A DNA stretch of 64,000 bases from an uncultured Thermoplasmatales archaeon. Lineage in GTDB: Archaea > Thermoplasmatota > E2 > UBA202 > DSCA01. The position numbers and the translations under genes were made by a program. Below are positions 20,563-29,704 of this stretch, piece by piece; position 1 is the first letter of the stretch; each line of letters starts with the position of its first letter. The notes below the pieces were generated by a model that saw nothing but the letters and a program-made list of their open reading frames with translations, had not been told where the DNA came from and searched no databases. The stretch covers positions 33,708 through 97,707 of the forward strand of contig CAZESS010000004.1 in NCBI GenBank assembly GCA_964514975.1. Direction: 5' to 3'.

Positions 20563-23238
20563 TCATGACAGCATCCCCCGTCTGAACATGAGGTATATGG
20601 TCGCCCCAGCACCGATGATTGCGACGGCGGCGCCGATGATGAGCCAGGAGGGTCCACCGCTGTCGTCGTCTCCTCCGGGGACGGAAAACTGCATGGTTTG
20701 TTGGTTGTTGTCCTCGTTTTGCTCGTGGATGTCATCGTTCGGGTCGACATCCGCTTTGAGCGTGTGGGTTCCGGCGGTGACGTTGACGGCCTGCGTATGC
20801 TCTACCTGGCCGCCGGCTTCGATGGAGGGCAGCATGATGGAGGCTATCACTGTGTCGTCCATGATGATGTCCAGCGATGTCTGGTTTGCATTTCCGGTTC
20901 CGTTGTTGGCCACGGTGACGGTGACCTGAACCGTGTCACCGGCGTCCGGTGATGCAGGGGTCATGGCCAGGCCGGCGAGTATGAGGTCGGGCTGCAATGG
21001 CTCCGGCGCTGCCACGGATATCTCCGTGCTTGTTTCGTCGGTCATGCCGTCGTTGTCCGTCACGGACAGCGTGACCGTGTAGGTGCCGTCTTCGCTGTAG
21101 CTATGCGACGGATTCTCCTGGATGGCAGTGGCGCCGTCTCCGTAGCTCCACTGCCATGCGGTGATGCTGCCGTCGGGGTCGCTGCTCTGGTCGGTAAACG
21201 TCACGGTGCGGCCGTCCATGCTGTATGAGAAGGTAGCGGTGGGCGGCCTGGGCTCCGGAGGCGGAGGCGTGGGCTCCTGCCGGACCATGAAGCTCCATGT
21301 GTCCGATTGGGTGGCGGCGGCGCCGTCGTCGGCGACCGCATACCAGCGATATGTGGCGGCGTAGCTCAGGCCGCTCCATGTCACGCTGGCCGTATCACCG
21401 CTGGCAACGGCGGCTACAGACTCTATTTCGCTGCCGACATCCGTGTAAAACGTGACATCCATACTGTCTCCATCGGGGTCGAATACCGTGACCTGCAGGG
21501 TAACCGTCCGCGCCGTGCCGCTCGCCCCATCATTCGGCGAGGGATTGGACGGCTGCTCTGGCGGCTCGTTCACCGGCATGGTCTCGGTGGTAAACATCCA
21601 TGCCTGGGAGGTAGTGGCGTTGCGGCCGTCGTCGGCGACCGCATACCAGCGATATGTAGCGGCGTAGCTCAGGCCGCTCCATGTCACGCTGGCCATGGTG
21701 CCGCTGACCACGTCGGATATTGTATCGATGATGTCGTCGTTGCTGGCATCGTGAAAGGTGACATTCATCGAGTCGCCGTCCTGGTCCGCAACCGAAACCT
21801 GCAGTACAGCGTTCCGGGATACATTGTTCGCTCCATCATCCGGCGAGGGGTCGGATGGCTGCTCCGGCGGATTGTTGGCCGTTACCGTGACATCCCGCCG
21901 GGTTGTGTTAATCGCCCCGTCGTCATCGGTGACCGTCAGGGCGACCGTGTAGGTGTCGGCATGCTCATAGACATGCGTGGGGTGCTGCTCATGGGCGGTG
22001 GTACCGTCGCCGAAATCCCATGTCCAGTTGACGATGTCGCCGTCGTCGGTGCTCTCGTCGGTGAACGCAACCGGGTGTCCCGCACGGGGTTCCACCGGGG
22101 TATAGGAAAAATGTGCGGTGGGTGGCGGACTGGCAATTGTGAGCATCGCCGTGGTGGTGTTCGTCAGCCCGTCGTCGTCCGTCACGGACAGCGTCACCGT
22201 CTGGTTTCCCATTGCCTGATACCGATGGGTGACAACGGTGCCCGTATCGCCGGCGCCGTCTCCAAATGCCCAGGTGTAAGCGACGATGTCGCCGTCGGGG
22301 TCGCTGCTGTTCGCTGCGTCGAAGGTAACGGTCTCGTTTTTCACGGGCATCCGGGGATGCCATGCAAACGACGCCGTCGGCGCAACCGGCGAGGTAGACT
22401 CAAGGAGCACCTGTGCATTCCGGACATATACGGGTATCTCCTGTGCTGCCGTGTCGCTCAGGGTGACGTTCGAGATGTTGAGGTAACAGAGAGCGCCCTC
22501 GGTCCTGGGACTGAAGTGCAGCGTGGCGATATGGCCGCTCCCGGTTGTGTTTGTCCGGCCGACGAGGTGTACGATGCCGTCCTCCTGGCTCAGGGTGACG
22601 GATACCGGCGCGCCGTCGATTGAGCCATTGTCTGCCCCGGTGAACGACAGCAGGACGGGATCGTAGTGCAGGTCGAGGTTTACGCTGCTGAGGTTGGTGA
22701 CGTTGGAAACATTGATGGATGCATCGAAGGCTCCCTGCACGGTCTCGGGTGCCTGTACCTCGAGCAGCGTGCCGGCAACGGTAACCCGATGGCCATGCCA
22801 CGATGCCGGTATCTCCTGGCCGTCTCCATCGCTCAGGTTTCCCTCGATATCGAGGTCCGAATGGCCTGCTGCGGTGCAGGAAAACATTACCGTGGCGAGA
22901 TAGCCGGAGCCGTTGACCGGCTGCAATCCCATGTCGTTGACGATGTGCAGCACGCCGTCGTGCACGCTCGCGCTGGTCGGCACATCGGTGCCGTTGACGC
23001 TGCCGTTTTCGACCGATGCGACCGTGAGATATGAGGCGTTGTAGGAAACGGTAACGCTGGCCGCGTTGAATCCGGTCAGCTCTGACACTGATATCTGCAC
23101 CGAGATGTTCTGGCCGAGCAGCGCCATGTCCGGTCCCGCCAGGGACACCGATGGCTGCCCTTCGCCGGCGGCGGGCACGGCGGCGCCGATGGTCATGATG
23201 CAGCATGCACAGGCCAGCAGCGCAGCAACCTGTTTCAT
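20563..23238 (-). CDS. Membrane-anchored scaffoldin-like protein: 2 cohesin-like domains, 3 PKD, 2 Ig/FN3-like repeats, CARDB, C-terminal TM
   Basis: Signal peptide; cohesin-like units (VSYNASYL...NGSGYLATVMF and LHYDPVLL...GSGHIATLHF); PKD signatures (WDFGDG, VTDDDG); CARDB (PDL...VDPNDDIHEQNEDNN); TM helix followed by RR. Confidence 0.8.
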   Translation of the reverse strand: MKQVAALLACACCIMTIGAAVPAAGEGQPSVSLAGPDMALLGQNISVQISVSELTGFNAASVTVSYNASYLTVASVENGSVNGTDVPTSASVHDGVLHIVNDMGLQPVNGSGYLATVMFSCTAAGHSDLDIEGNLSDGDGQEIPASWHGHRVTVAGTLLEVQAPETVQGAFDASINVSNVTNLSSVNLDLHYDPVLLSFTGADNGSIDGAPVSVTLSQEDGIVHLVGRTNTTGSGHIATLHFSPRTEGALCYLNISNVTLSDTAAQEIPVYVRNAQVLLESTSPVAPTASFAWHPRMPVKNETVTFDAANSSDPDGDIVAYTWAFGDGAGDTGTVVTHRYQAMGNQTVTLSVTDDDGLTNTTTAMLTIASPPPTAHFSYTPVEPRAGHPVAFTDESTDDGDIVNWTWDFGDGTTAHEQHPTHVYEHADTYTVALTVTDDDGAINTTRRDVTVTANNPPEQPSDPSPDDGANNVSRNAVLQVSVADQDGDSMNVTFHDASNDDIIDTISDVVSGTMASVTWSGLSYAATYRWYAVADDGRNATTSQAWMFTTETMPVNEPPEQPSNPSPNDGASGTARTVTLQVTVFDPDGDSMDVTFYTDVGSEIESVAAVASGDTASVTWSGLSYAATYRWYAVADDGAAATQSDTWSFMVRQEPTPPPPEPRPPTATFSYSMDGRTVTFTDQSSDPDGSITAWQWSYGDGATAIQENPSHSYSEDGTYTVTLSVTDNDGMTDETSTEISVAAPEPLQPDLILAGLAMTPASPDAGDTVQVTVTVANNGTGNANQTSLDIIMDDTVIASIMLPSIEAGGQVEHTQAVNVTAGTHTLKADVDPNDDIHEQNEDNNQQTMQFSVPGGDDDSGGPSWLIIGAAVAIIGAGATIYLMFRRGMLS
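21322..21694. repeat. 70-bp near-identical direct repeat (21322-21391 and 21625-21694), period 303 nt
   Basis: One mismatch in 70 nt; encodes ASVTWSGLSYAATYRWYAVADDG in both tandem domains. Confidence 0.9.
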
Positions 23239-25736
23239 GCCAATCCCAGGATCATCTGGATAACGAGGGTCACGTCGGCGGTGGTCACCGTGCCGTCAGC
23301 GTTGGCGTCAGCCGGCGGCGGATACTCCGCGCCGGGATGAGCGGCAAGGTGCTGTACGACCAGGTCTGTCTTCGTGATGTCGAGCGCGTTGATGCGGCCG
23401 TCCATGGTGGCGTCGCCGCGTCGCCAGACCGATATCTCCCGCGATGTCACCTGACTGTTTCCGTAGCTGTCGGTCGTGCTCAGCGTCACGGTGTAGGAGC
23501 CAGGCTGGCTGTAGGTATGGGATACGTTCGGACCCGTTGCGCTTCCGCCGTCGCCAAACGTCCATGTCCATGTGGCTATGCTGCCGTCGGCGGTACCGTT
23601 GAACGACACGGTTTCGTTGACGAACGGGAATGAATGAGTGTAGTTCACCGCTGTACGCTCCACCGTCGTGAACAAACGGGTCGGGGATGTCGTGGTGGCC
23701 ATGCCGTCCGATGCCGTCACATGCCAGGTATAGGTTTGCCCGTGCTCGAGGGTGCAGGCGACGCTCATGGTGCCGTTGCCGGTCTCCGTGGTGTGCACTG
23801 CCGTTCCGTTGAGATAAAACACGGCGTCCATGGTGTCGCTGTCGGGATCGGTGACCGTGGCTCTGAGGGAAAGGTTTGCATTGGTGGTGCTTCCGTTGCC
23901 GGGGGATTCCAGCGCGATGGATGGCGGATGGTTGTCGCCGGCGGGAACCGTGACGTTGCGCTTTTCGCCATATGCGATCCGCCCGGTGTCGCCCACGGCG
24001 ATTGCCCGGTAGTAATAGGTCTTGCCTGCTGCAACGCCGGGTATGCTCGCATTGAAACCGCCCGTCCGGTTGGTGGCCACAACGTTGGTGGAGGATTTTT
24101 TGCCGTTCCAGTATTCGAACCAGAGGTAGCATGATGTGCTGTCGCCGAGCGCTGTTAGGTTGCCGTGCAGCGTGGCGTTTTCTCCGGTGATGGTGGCCTG
24201 TCCCGTGGTGACCGTTGGGGCTGCGGGCACGGATGTCATCCGGAATGACAGCATGGTGCCGTTGTATCTGCCCTGGCTGTTGTTGACGACGGCCCGGTAA
24301 TGGTAGGTGGTGTTCCCGGCGAGTCCTGTTACCACCGTGCTGACCGGGCCCTCGCCGGTGATTGTCTGCACGGGCGTGGTCATCGTGAGATTATCGTTTT
24401 GGCCGTATTCGAACCAGACCTCGCATGTCTGGTCGCCGCCCATGTCGGTGACGTTTGCCTGCAGCACGACCGCGTGCTCCACCGAGCCGGTGTCCACCTG
24501 CGCCTTGACCGCCGTGGTGGTAAACGTGCCGTCCTGCCCGTAGGTGGCGCCCGCGCTGTTTTCGGCTACCGCCCGATAATGATAGGTCGTGCCCGGCTGG
24601 AGTCCGGTCAGCGTGCCGGTGAAGGAGCCGTCGTCAAGGGACATTGCCTGGGTGGCCGAGCCGTAGGCCGTCGTTGGCCCGTATTCGAACCATACAGTGC
24701 ATTGTTCGCCGCCCCAGTCGTCAAGGGTGCCCCTGAGCGTGGCGGTGCTGCTGGTGACATTGTCGGCGCTCCCGGTTGTCACGGCGGGCCGGACGACATG
24801 GGTGGTAAACGTTTTGGTGGAGCCATCTGTCTCCCCGGCGGTGTTGCTGGCATACGCCCGGTATTGATAGGTGGTGTCGAGCGACAGGTCGGTGAGCGTG
24901 TGGGAAAAGCTCCCGGAAGAATGCATCGTGGTATTCCCGACGGCGACATGGCTGCCGTCCGTCCAGTATTCGAACCATACGGTGCAGTTGTTCGCGCCCG
25001 GGCTGCTCAGGTAGCCGTTCAGCCTGGCGCTGTCGTAGTCGACCGAGCTCGCCGCGTTGGTTGACACCGAGGGCTTCGCCGCCGATGTGTGAAACGTTTT
25101 GTCGTCTCCGTAGCTCTTTTTTTGGCTGTTCTCGGCGACGGCCCTGTAATGATAGGTGGTGTCGGGGTCGAGGCCTGACACCGAGATGGAAAACGAGCCG
25201 GTGCCCGTTTTTTCAACCTTGTCGTCGGTCGATTGGCCATAGGACTGGCTCGTGCCATACTGGAACCATACCTGACAGGTGCCCGTATCCGGGTCGTTCA
25301 GGTCGTTGAGCGTTCCATGCAGCGTTGCGCCGCCGCTGCCTACATCGCTCTCGTCGTTTGTAACAACAGCCGGGAAGCCGACGAGGGAAAAACTGATGTT
25401 CCGGGATGGCTCGCTGACGTCGAGCACGAAGCTTTTGCGGTTTTCCTGCTGGTCATGAACGCAGGACACCTGGATGGTGTCCCCGTTTTCGCAGTTTTCC
25501 AGCGCCGACAGATCCGCCTGGTAGTATCCATCGCTGTTCGTGGTGACAGTCATAAGCGTTGACTTGGACACATCTTTCACCGTCACGGTCACGCCGGACG
25601 GCAGCGTATCCCCGTCAGCGTTTTTGATGACACCGTAGACGGGAAACGACTGGTCGAGCGCGTCGCTCGAAAGCAGCATCGGTATCAGGCTGGTCAACAG
25701 CAGGATGGCTATCATGACACTTTGTATTTTTTTCAT
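23235..25736 (-). CDS. Secreted FN3-like repeat/PKD protein with a C-terminal dockerin
   Basis: Signal peptide; about five repeats of WFEYG...TTYHYRAVAEN; one PKD; C-terminal GDATMDGRINALD...ADANADGTVTTAD duplicated Ca-binding loop-helix typical of dockerins. Confidence 0.85.
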   Translation of the reverse strand: MKKIQSVMIAILLLTSLIPMLLSSDALDQSFPVYGVIKNADGDTLPSGVTVTVKDVSKSTLMTVTTNSDGYYQADLSALENCENGDTIQVSCVHDQQENRKSFVLDVSEPSRNISFSLVGFPAVVTNDESDVGSGGATLHGTLNDLNDPDTGTCQVWFQYGTSQSYGQSTDDKVEKTGTGSFSISVSGLDPDTTYHYRAVAENSQKKSYGDDKTFHTSAAKPSVSTNAASSVDYDSARLNGYLSSPGANNCTVWFEYWTDGSHVAVGNTTMHSSGSFSHTLTDLSLDTTYQYRAYASNTAGETDGSTKTFTTHVVRPAVTTGSADNVTSSTATLRGTLDDWGGEQCTVWFEYGPTTAYGSATQAMSLDDGSFTGTLTGLQPGTTYHYRAVAENSAGATYGQDGTFTTTAVKAQVDTGSVEHAVVLQANVTDMGGDQTCEVWFEYGQNDNLTMTTPVQTITGEGPVSTVVTGLAGNTTYHYRAVVNNSQGRYNGTMLSFRMTSVPAAPTVTTGQATITGENATLHGNLTALGDSTSCYLWFEYWNGKKSSTNVVATNRTGGFNASIPGVAAGKTYYYRAIAVGDTGRIAYGEKRNVTVPAGDNHPPSIALESPGNGSTTNANLSLRATVTDPDSDTMDAVFYLNGTAVHTTETGNGTMSVACTLEHGQTYTWHVTASDGMATTTSPTRLFTTVERTAVNYTHSFPFVNETVSFNGTADGSIATWTWTFGDGGSATGPNVSHTYSQPGSYTVTLSTTDSYGNSQVTSREISVWRRGDATMDGRINALDITKTDLVVQHLAAHPGAEYPPPADANADGTVTTADVTLVIQMILGLA

Positions 25737-28700
25737 GTTTTCACCTCTATGTGATACTGACCGGACTGCGCTATCCTGAGAACGGCGCAGTCTCCGGGAT
25801 GGATGACGAAGTCATATTCGGGCGGGGAGACACCGACGACATAGCTGTCAAAGCTGCCAGTGCTGGTATTCCACCGGCTCACCACGCTCCCAGGGGGCAT
25901 GATAGCGCCGCCTATCTGCGACGCGAGCGCCGACGCCTGTACGGCGGTGACGCTGCTCCACACCACGTGGTTGGCGACGTTGTCGCTGTTTTTGTGGAGC
26001 TGGACGATCCGGTCCGCCAGCCGGTAGGCCTGCTCGGTGAAGTTGCCCGCGGCTGCAACGCGGAGTACCACCGCGTCGTAGGGATGGATGACGAAGTCAT
26101 ATTCGGGCGGGGAGACACCGACGACATAGCTGTCAAAGCTGCCAGTGCTGGTATTCCACCGGCTCACCACGCTCCCAGGGGGCATGATAGCGCCGCCTAT
26201 CTGCGACGCGAGCGCCGACGCCGTTATGTTGTCGCCCAGCCAGGGGATATAGTTGACCACGTTGTTGGCGTTTTTGACGATGTGGATGGTGGTGTCAACT
26301 GGCACGGTTTTGCTCATGGTGGCGTTTGCGCTGCCGTTGGTAATGGTGAGCGTGACGTTGTAATAGTTGCCGATGTGGTAGGTATGCGAGGGATTTGTCT
26401 GGTTGCTTGTTTTGCCGTCCCCGAAAGTCCACTGCCATGTGGCGGCATACGACGAGTTATCATGGAAGGCTACGGGGCTGCCGGTGGCGGGGTCTGCCCC
26501 ATAGGTGAAATCGGCTGCCAGGTATGTGCCGACGGATATGTGCGCGGATGTGCTGGCGGTGGCGTTGTCGTCGTCGGTAACGGTGAGCGTAACGGTGTAG
26601 CCTCCATCCTGGCTATATCGATGTGTCACGTCTGTACTCGTGTTCTCGTATTTTATGGTGCCGTCGCCGAAGTTCCATGTCCAGTTGACGATGGTGCCGT
26701 CGGGGTCAGATGCGTTGGGGGAGACGCCTATCTGCATCCCGCTCTGGGCATATCCGAAATCGGCGGCCGGTGGAACGTTGTCCACGGTGACGTTCTGCTG
26801 CACCTGGCTGGATGCGCCGTCGTCGTCGGTCACGGTGAGCGTGACCATATAGGTGCCATCGTCTTGATAGCTATGGGTGGCGATGGCGCCCGTAGTCGTG
26901 GTGCCGTCGCCGAAGCTCCAGTTGTACCCGGTGATATTTCCGTCGGGGTCGGTGGAGCCTGATGCGTTGAACGTAATGGTATCGAGGTCGGTGGGCTGCC
27001 CCGGCGTGTAGGTTAAGGTCGCTGTCGGCGGCACGTTTTCAACCGTTATCTGCCTGGACAATGTGGCGGTGGCGCTGTCATTGTCGGTGACGGTCAGCGT
27101 GACCGTGTAGGTGGCGTCCTCGCTGTAGCTATGCGTGGGATGCTGAGCAGTGCTGGTGTTGCCGTCGCCAAAGGTCCAGTGCCATGCGGTTATGCTACCG
27201 TCGGGGTCATTGCTGTGATCTGTGAACGTTATGTTTTCCCGGCTGACCGGGGAGGCAGGACTGAAGGTAAAGTTTGCCGTGGGAAATATGGTTATGGAAA
27301 ACTGCCCGCTGAATGATGCAAGGTTCCCCAGTGTGTCGTTGGCGTGGATGGTGACGTTGTAGCGTCCCTGCTGGCTGTAGCTCTGTGTGAGGAAATACAG
27401 TGAGGAGGTGTTCATTGTTTTGTGTGCCATGGTGTCGCCAGCATGGGTGATGGTGATGGACACGTTCTGCATCGCGAGGTTGTCGGCAACGGTGCAGGAC
27501 ACGTTGACCGTCTCGTTTGGCTCCTGTATCCCCGGACTGATGGAGAGATTGGTCATGTGGGGCGGCATGGTGTCAACGATGGTGAACTGGTGGATGGATG
27601 AATTGGAGACGTAGTCGTTCACGTCGGTTGCCCATATCCTGTAGCTGTAGTTGCCGAGCGATGGGTATGTTTGGTTGTGGAAATATATGCCGTTGCAGTC
27701 GTCGTCTATACCGGCAGGGTCCATGCTCGTGTTGATGCTGCTGCCGTCCGGAAAGGTGACGTTTATGGTGACGGATGACAGGGCGACGTTGTCGCTGGCG
27801 TTGCATGATATGTTAACGGGGTAACCATACTGTTTTTCCTGAGGAACGTCCTGCACGTCGTGTATTTCCGGGGGCATCGCCGGGTGGAAAATCTGGAATG
27901 TATAGGGGTTGCTCGTGTTGCTGTTGCCGCTCGGGTCATCTGCCCATATTTTCACGGAATAGTTGCCGGCGGTGTTGTATGGTGCCTCGTGCCACCATGT
28001 CGTGCCATCGTTGCTGTGCATGCTCATGTTGTCGGAGGTGGGACCGGTGATGTTTATCCATACCTGGTCGACTGCTACGTCGTCGGTGACCCGGCAGGTC
28101 ACGTTGACTCTGCCCTTTATTTCCTGGGGGTTTGGATACGCGGAAACATTCTCTATCCGGGGCGGCTCGACATCCCTGACGGTTATCTCCCCTGTCATGG
28201 TATCGTTGCCGTCATCCCCGTCGGTGACGGTCAGCGTGACAGTGAAATTGCCGTTGGAGGCATATGCGTGGGTGGGATTGTCGTTGTTGCTCGTTGCGCC
28301 GTCGCCAAAGCTCCATTCGTGTTCGTAGACATCACCGTCGGGGTCATATGACAGGTCGGTGAAGGAGACGGGTTCTCCCACGGTTGCATTGTCCGGCGTG
28401 AACGAGAAATCGGCGACGGGCAGAATGTTGCGGATGGTAACCTCTTGCTGTGCGGTGTCCCATGCTCCATGGTTGTCGGTGACGGTCAGGGTAACGGTGT
28501 AGGTCCGGTTTTTGCTGTACTGATATCCGACCGTTTCCCCGGTCATCGTTGTGCCATCTCCAAGATTCCATGTGTAGTTTATGATGCTGCCGTCGGGGTC
28601 AGACGAGCTGGTTGCATTGAAGGTGACGGTATCCAGCCTGGTTGGGCTGGCTGGTGTGTATGTGAAGCTGGCCGTCGGCTTGTTGGCTATAACAAATTTT

Positions 28701-29695
28701 TTTTCGGCGGACCGGACCGTGTTGTTGTTGGTGTCGTTGGCCCACACGGTATAGCGGTAGGTGCCCTTGGCAGTGTAATTTCGGGTATAATGGTAGTTGG
28801 TGGTGTTGCCCGTCCGATTCATGCTGGTGTTGTGGCATGTGCCGTTTGGAAGCGTGATGTTGATGTAGTTCATGCTCACGTTGGCGGAGCTGGTTATCCG
28901 GCATGAGATGTTGACCTGTCCACCGGGCGACTGTATCTGGGGGGTTGCCTGCAGATGGAAAATGTTTATCCCGGCGTACGGCCGCATCAGGGGATAGCGA
29001 TCGAAAGTTGAACCTGTGGCTGGCTGGATGGGATACGGGGTGTCACCGATGCCGTCGTTGTTGGTGTCGTTTCCGTCATAGCTATCCCAGTAGTTGCCCT
29101 CTTCGAGCGTGGCATTGTACCAGAAGTTGTCATGTCCGGCATCGTAGGCGCTGTTGTTGAGAAATGAGTTGTGAAACATGGTGTTGCCTGTGCAAAATTT
29201 CTCGACATACAGCCCGTGGTTGGCGGAATTTTCTATCCGGTTTTCCTGTACCACATTGTTGTCGGCAAGCCGGAGCCGTATCCCGTCATAGTTGTCGGTG
29301 ACGGTACACTGTGAAATCGTTACACGCTCTGTGCCGTCGAGGAGCATGCCGCCTTTTCCGGAGCCGCCGTTCCTGATGGTGCAGCCCGTTATGGATGCCC
29401 CGCTGGCCTTCACGGTCACCACGTATCCCTGTCCCTCCCCGTCGATGATAACGGCATCCCGACCGGAGCCCACCAGGCTGACCTGTTTGCTGATGGATAC
29501 GCGTTCATTGTATGTCCCCGCGTATACGAAAACGGTGTCTCCAGAGCCGGCGTCGTTGATCGCCTGCTGGATTGAGGTGTAATCCTCGCCCCCGTTGACA
29601 TCCACCGTGATTGTCTCCCCCTCCGTAACATATCCCCTGAAGGAAAAGAGCAGGAGGCAGACAGCTAGGAGAGCGAGCGGGAAGCTTTTTTTCAT
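25733..29695 (-). CDS. Large secreted protein: NosD-like beta-helix, multiple PKD and Ig-like domains, tandem C-terminal module
   Basis: YTSIQQAINDAGSGDTVFVYAGTYNE, GNYWDSY...DGIGDTPY, about six PKD motifs, Ig-like units ending WAxDxxGN, duplicated ~95-aa C-terminal module, many N-x-S/T sequons. Confidence 0.85.
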   Translation of the reverse strand: MKKSFPLALLAVCLLLFSFRGYVTEGETITVDVNGGEDYTSIQQAINDAGSGDTVFVYAGTYNERVSISKQVSLVGSGRDAVIIDGEGQGYVVTVKASGASITGCTIRNGGSGKGGMLLDGTERVTISQCTVTDNYDGIRLRLADNNVVQENRIENSANHGLYVEKFCTGNTMFHNSFLNNSAYDAGHDNFWYNATLEEGNYWDSYDGNDTNNDGIGDTPYPIQPATGSTFDRYPLMRPYAGINIFHLQATPQIQSPGGQVNISCRITSSANVSMNYINITLPNGTCHNTSMNRTGNTTNYHYTRNYTAKGTYRYTVWANDTNNNTVRSAEKKFVIANKPTASFTYTPASPTRLDTVTFNATSSSDPDGSIINYTWNLGDGTTMTGETVGYQYSKNRTYTVTLTVTDNHGAWDTAQQEVTIRNILPVADFSFTPDNATVGEPVSFTDLSYDPDGDVYEHEWSFGDGATSNNDNPTHAYASNGNFTVTLTVTDGDDGNDTMTGEITVRDVEPPRIENVSAYPNPQEIKGRVNVTCRVTDDVAVDQVWINITGPTSDNMSMHSNDGTTWWHEAPYNTAGNYSVKIWADDPSGNSNTSNPYTFQIFHPAMPPEIHDVQDVPQEKQYGYPVNISCNASDNVALSSVTINVTFPDGSSINTSMDPAGIDDDCNGIYFHNQTYPSLGNYSYRIWATDVNDYVSNSSIHQFTIVDTMPPHMTNLSISPGIQEPNETVNVSCTVADNLAMQNVSITITHAGDTMAHKTMNTSSLYFLTQSYSQQGRYNVTIHANDTLGNLASFSGQFSITIFPTANFTFSPASPVSRENITFTDHSNDPDGSITAWHWTFGDGNTSTAQHPTHSYSEDATYTVTLTVTDNDSATATLSRQITVENVPPTATLTYTPGQPTDLDTITFNASGSTDPDGNITGYNWSFGDGTTTTGAIATHSYQDDGTYMVTLTVTDDDGASSQVQQNVTVDNVPPAADFGYAQSGMQIGVSPNASDPDGTIVNWTWNFGDGTIKYENTSTDVTHRYSQDGGYTVTLTVTDDDNATASTSAHISVGTYLAADFTYGADPATGSPVAFHDNSSYAATWQWTFGDGKTSNQTNPSHTYHIGNYYNVTLTITNGSANATMSKTVPVDTTIHIVKNANNVVNYIPWLGDNITASALASQIGGAIMPPGSVVSRWNTSTGSFDSYVVGVSPPEYDFVIHPYDAVVLRVAAAGNFTEQAYRLADRIVQLHKNSDNVANHVVWSSVTAVQASALASQIGGAIMPPGSVVSRWNTSTGSFDSYVVGVSPPEYDFVIHPGDCAVLRIAQSGQYHIEVKT
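25796..26222. repeat. 142-bp perfect direct repeat (25796-25937 and 26081-26222), period 285 nt
   Basis: Base-by-base comparison shows no mismatch; encodes ASALASQIGGAIMPPGSVVSRWNTSTGSFDSYVVGVSPPEYDFVIHP twice. Confidence 0.92.
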
Positions 29696-29704
29696 CGTGA
29701 CCTC

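Noticed and set aside
20563-20680. PGF-CTERM/archaeosortase signal
   Set aside because: A TM helix and basic residues are present, but there is no PGF or PEF motif before the helix.
20563-25736. True cellulosome for cellulose degradation
   Set aside because: No glycoside hydrolase or CBM3 is recognisable; the dockerin cargo looks structural. Enzymatic cargo elsewhere in the genome cannot be excluded.
25796-26222. DGR template/variable repeat or CRISPR array
   Set aside because: Only two identical in-frame copies, no adenine-biased mismatches, no spacers, and no RT or cas genes.
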